Assembly (NCBI GenBank): GCA_965287045.1
Contig: OZ336903.1
Span: forward strand, 8,618,001-8,682,000
Source: Carcharhinus amblyrhynchos
Taxonomy: Eukaryota
Direction of reading: 5' to 3'
DNA: 64,000 bases
In this document: piece by piece, positions 61,870 to 64,000 of the stretch
Position numbering within the stretch: position 1 is the first letter of the stretch
Layout of the letters: each line of letters begins with the position of its first letter
The notes under the pieces: generated by a model
Databases searched by the model: none
What the model was told of the DNA's origin: nothing
The model's input: only the letters and a program-made list of their open reading frames with translations
Made by a program: the position numbers and the translations under genes

Positions 61870-64000
61870 TCGGGCTGTCAATTACAGAGATAACATCTGA
61901 AGATTGACCCAATGCGTTGCCGAGTGGCCGGGCAGCACCTTTTAACTTTCTGACTGTTCTGGAAGTTAACTCCTCGATACCAGCGTGTAGACAAACCAAT
62001 ATTTCCTTCCAAGTAACCAATAACATTTAACAGTTGACAACGTCAATTGCAGCCAGGTCAAATGCACCAATGAGATGCACTGTGCTGTGCCCAAGTTCAA
62101 AGCACCAGCTTATCCTGAGAGACTAATGACGGTTAAGAATCTGAAATGAAAATGGGTCAACGATCTTGCACCCAGACTACAGATTGAAACAAGTACGCAA
62201 GCAGGTTTCTTGGTTCAGTTTCTTCGAAAAAGCTGTGTGAAGTATTCTCATGTACACAGCTTTTCCCGAGATCAATATACAGATCTCTCCAAAAACTTGC
62301 TCAACCGTCTTTCAAAAGTTCATCTGGAATCTGATTTCATTGCTCTTTCTGCTCGTGCTTAGGAAATTTGAGTAACCTTCTGTGTGAATTGATTTACCCT
62401 TCTAATAATTATATTCTATTTACCAACTCTGGTTCCCGATTGTCTTGCAGGAGCAAAGCAGTTCCATCTTCTTGCTTTAATCAACGTCTCTTATAATTCT
62501 AAATAACTGTTGAATGGCCTCCAAGCTTTCCTGCTCCAACTTGATACACACAAATCCCTCCATGTAACGGTATTCCTTTGCCCCTGGTACCTACCGGGCC
62601 CCCTCCAGGATCCAGATGACCCTTTGTCAAAGCTGACCCTTTTCCAGGTTTTGCTGGATTCGTCAAAGCCAGCTTTGACAAAGTGTTATCTGGACTCGGA
62701 ACGTAAGCTCTTTTCTCTCGTTACTGATGCTGCAGATGTGCCGAAATTTTCCAGTATTTTTACTTTTGCTTTCAGATTCCAACATCCGCAGTAATTTACT
62801 TTTATCCAATTTATTTTTCTAAATCTAGGGATTAAATTGGCCTCTGTCTTCTTTCATCTTCAACTCACTTCCTGAAACTTTGCCAGTTTGAGTTGACTTA
62901 ACCATGCCATGTATTCATCTCGGAACCACGTCTTTTTGATGTTTGTTTTGCCTTTTCTTCATCGAATTTCCTTAATCCAACGAGGAATATTCTTTCATCC
63001 CACAACTATGCTCCAGGAAGGTCTTCAACTCTCCAGAAAATCGAAGCCCTTGGAACATCAATAACTGAAATCATTGTGTCTCCCTGAACAGCCGAACCGA
63101 TACAGTGCCAGGACAATGTTTCTGATTGCATTTGCTCGAATTCATTGAGATCACTGAAACTTAGTATTGAAAACTACTTATAAAATATCGAACTGGAGAT
63201 GAATATGATTGAACCACACTTTCAAGCGATTGATCAATTTCCCAAACATAAAGATTCTGGCCCTTTGAATCAGTGGCTCATTCTAATCAGTAATAACCAT
63301 GTCAATCAATTACCCTCCAAGAACTTTGATTCCTGTGGTTCCCTTCGTTCTACTTTCTCACACCCTGACACTTCTACGGACTCTATTCCATTCTCTTAGA
63401 TTCTGCATCTCTGCCATTATCATTCGGACAATCCTGCCTTCCATACGATGTTTCTGATCCACTTTCCTTTGCCTCAATTTAGGATTCATTTGCACCATGG
63501 TTACTGGAGGCTCTCGAACATATCTATCCCATTGCACACATTTCTAGTTTAACACCTTCCCATCCCTCTGCTAACTGTAATGTGGATTCCATTCTCACCA
63601 ACATCCACTGCCAACAGCCTCCACGTTCATGGAATCAAATTCTGCCACTCCCATCACCTGCAGTGTCATATTCCTAATCTGCTCTCTCTTTACAAAATTT
63701 GAAATGTATAATTGCTCATCCCTATTCTTGACACACTTCATCATTGCTTTGTTGAGCGCCTCCCTCAAAGTTGCATACCAGGTGCAGACCTTCAGTCAGT
63801 CTTTAATCCCTGTCCTTTCCCACCATGATCTGTCTCTCTCAAACTCCAACACCGTTACAGTTCAGCTCAGATGAAGTTTGAGGTACAACGCCTCATAATC
63901 CGATTAGACAGTTTGCTAATTTTGGAATTCAATCAAGTTCAAAAAAATGAGGTTCTGATCACTGCATCCATTTTATTACTGCCGGAATGCACTTCTGACG

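Larger units (their letters stand above)
46392..64000. repeat. Tandem segmental duplication, copy B (matches 1-18713)
   Basis: Starts aacagaaagccagtttt like position 1 and ends gccggaatgcacttctgac like ~18712. Confidence 0.97.

Noticed and set aside
46392-64000. Duplication as a pure assembly artefact
   Set aside because: The copies differ by many substitutions, a 1.1-kb indel and domain-specific divergence, which favours true paralogues; read depth is still needed to exclude divergent haplotypes.

Overview
Vertebrate genomic DNA, most likely from a cartilaginous fish (inferred from the CR1 LINE, tRNA-derived SINE and Penelope-type repeat content). The window holds two head-to-tail paralogues of a group-B scavenger-receptor cysteine-rich (SRCR) type I membrane receptor of the CD163/WC1/SCART type on the minus strand, created by a ~45-46 kb tandem segmental duplication (1-~18713 matches 46392-64000). 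Copy B can be assembled by hand as 17 GT-AG exons, all joined in phase 1, from ATG 61869 to stop 28605 (3468 nt, 1155 aa). Its layout is signal peptide, 9 SRCR exons, a Ser/Thr stalk, a TM helix and a 4-exon Tyr-bearing tail, with AATAAA at 27822-27827. Copy A gives exons 1-7 (16574 down to 504) and runs out of the window. The main points of interest are: (1) three N-terminal SRCR domains made by ~780-bp exon+intron triplication, all lacking the C2-C7 disulfide, hypervariable and mosaic between paralogues; (2) a shortened SRCR lacking the C5-C6 loop; (3) a Glu inside the TM helix; (4) a WC1-like tail. The gene model is deduced from sequence only and has no transcript support here. Repeat boundaries are approximate.
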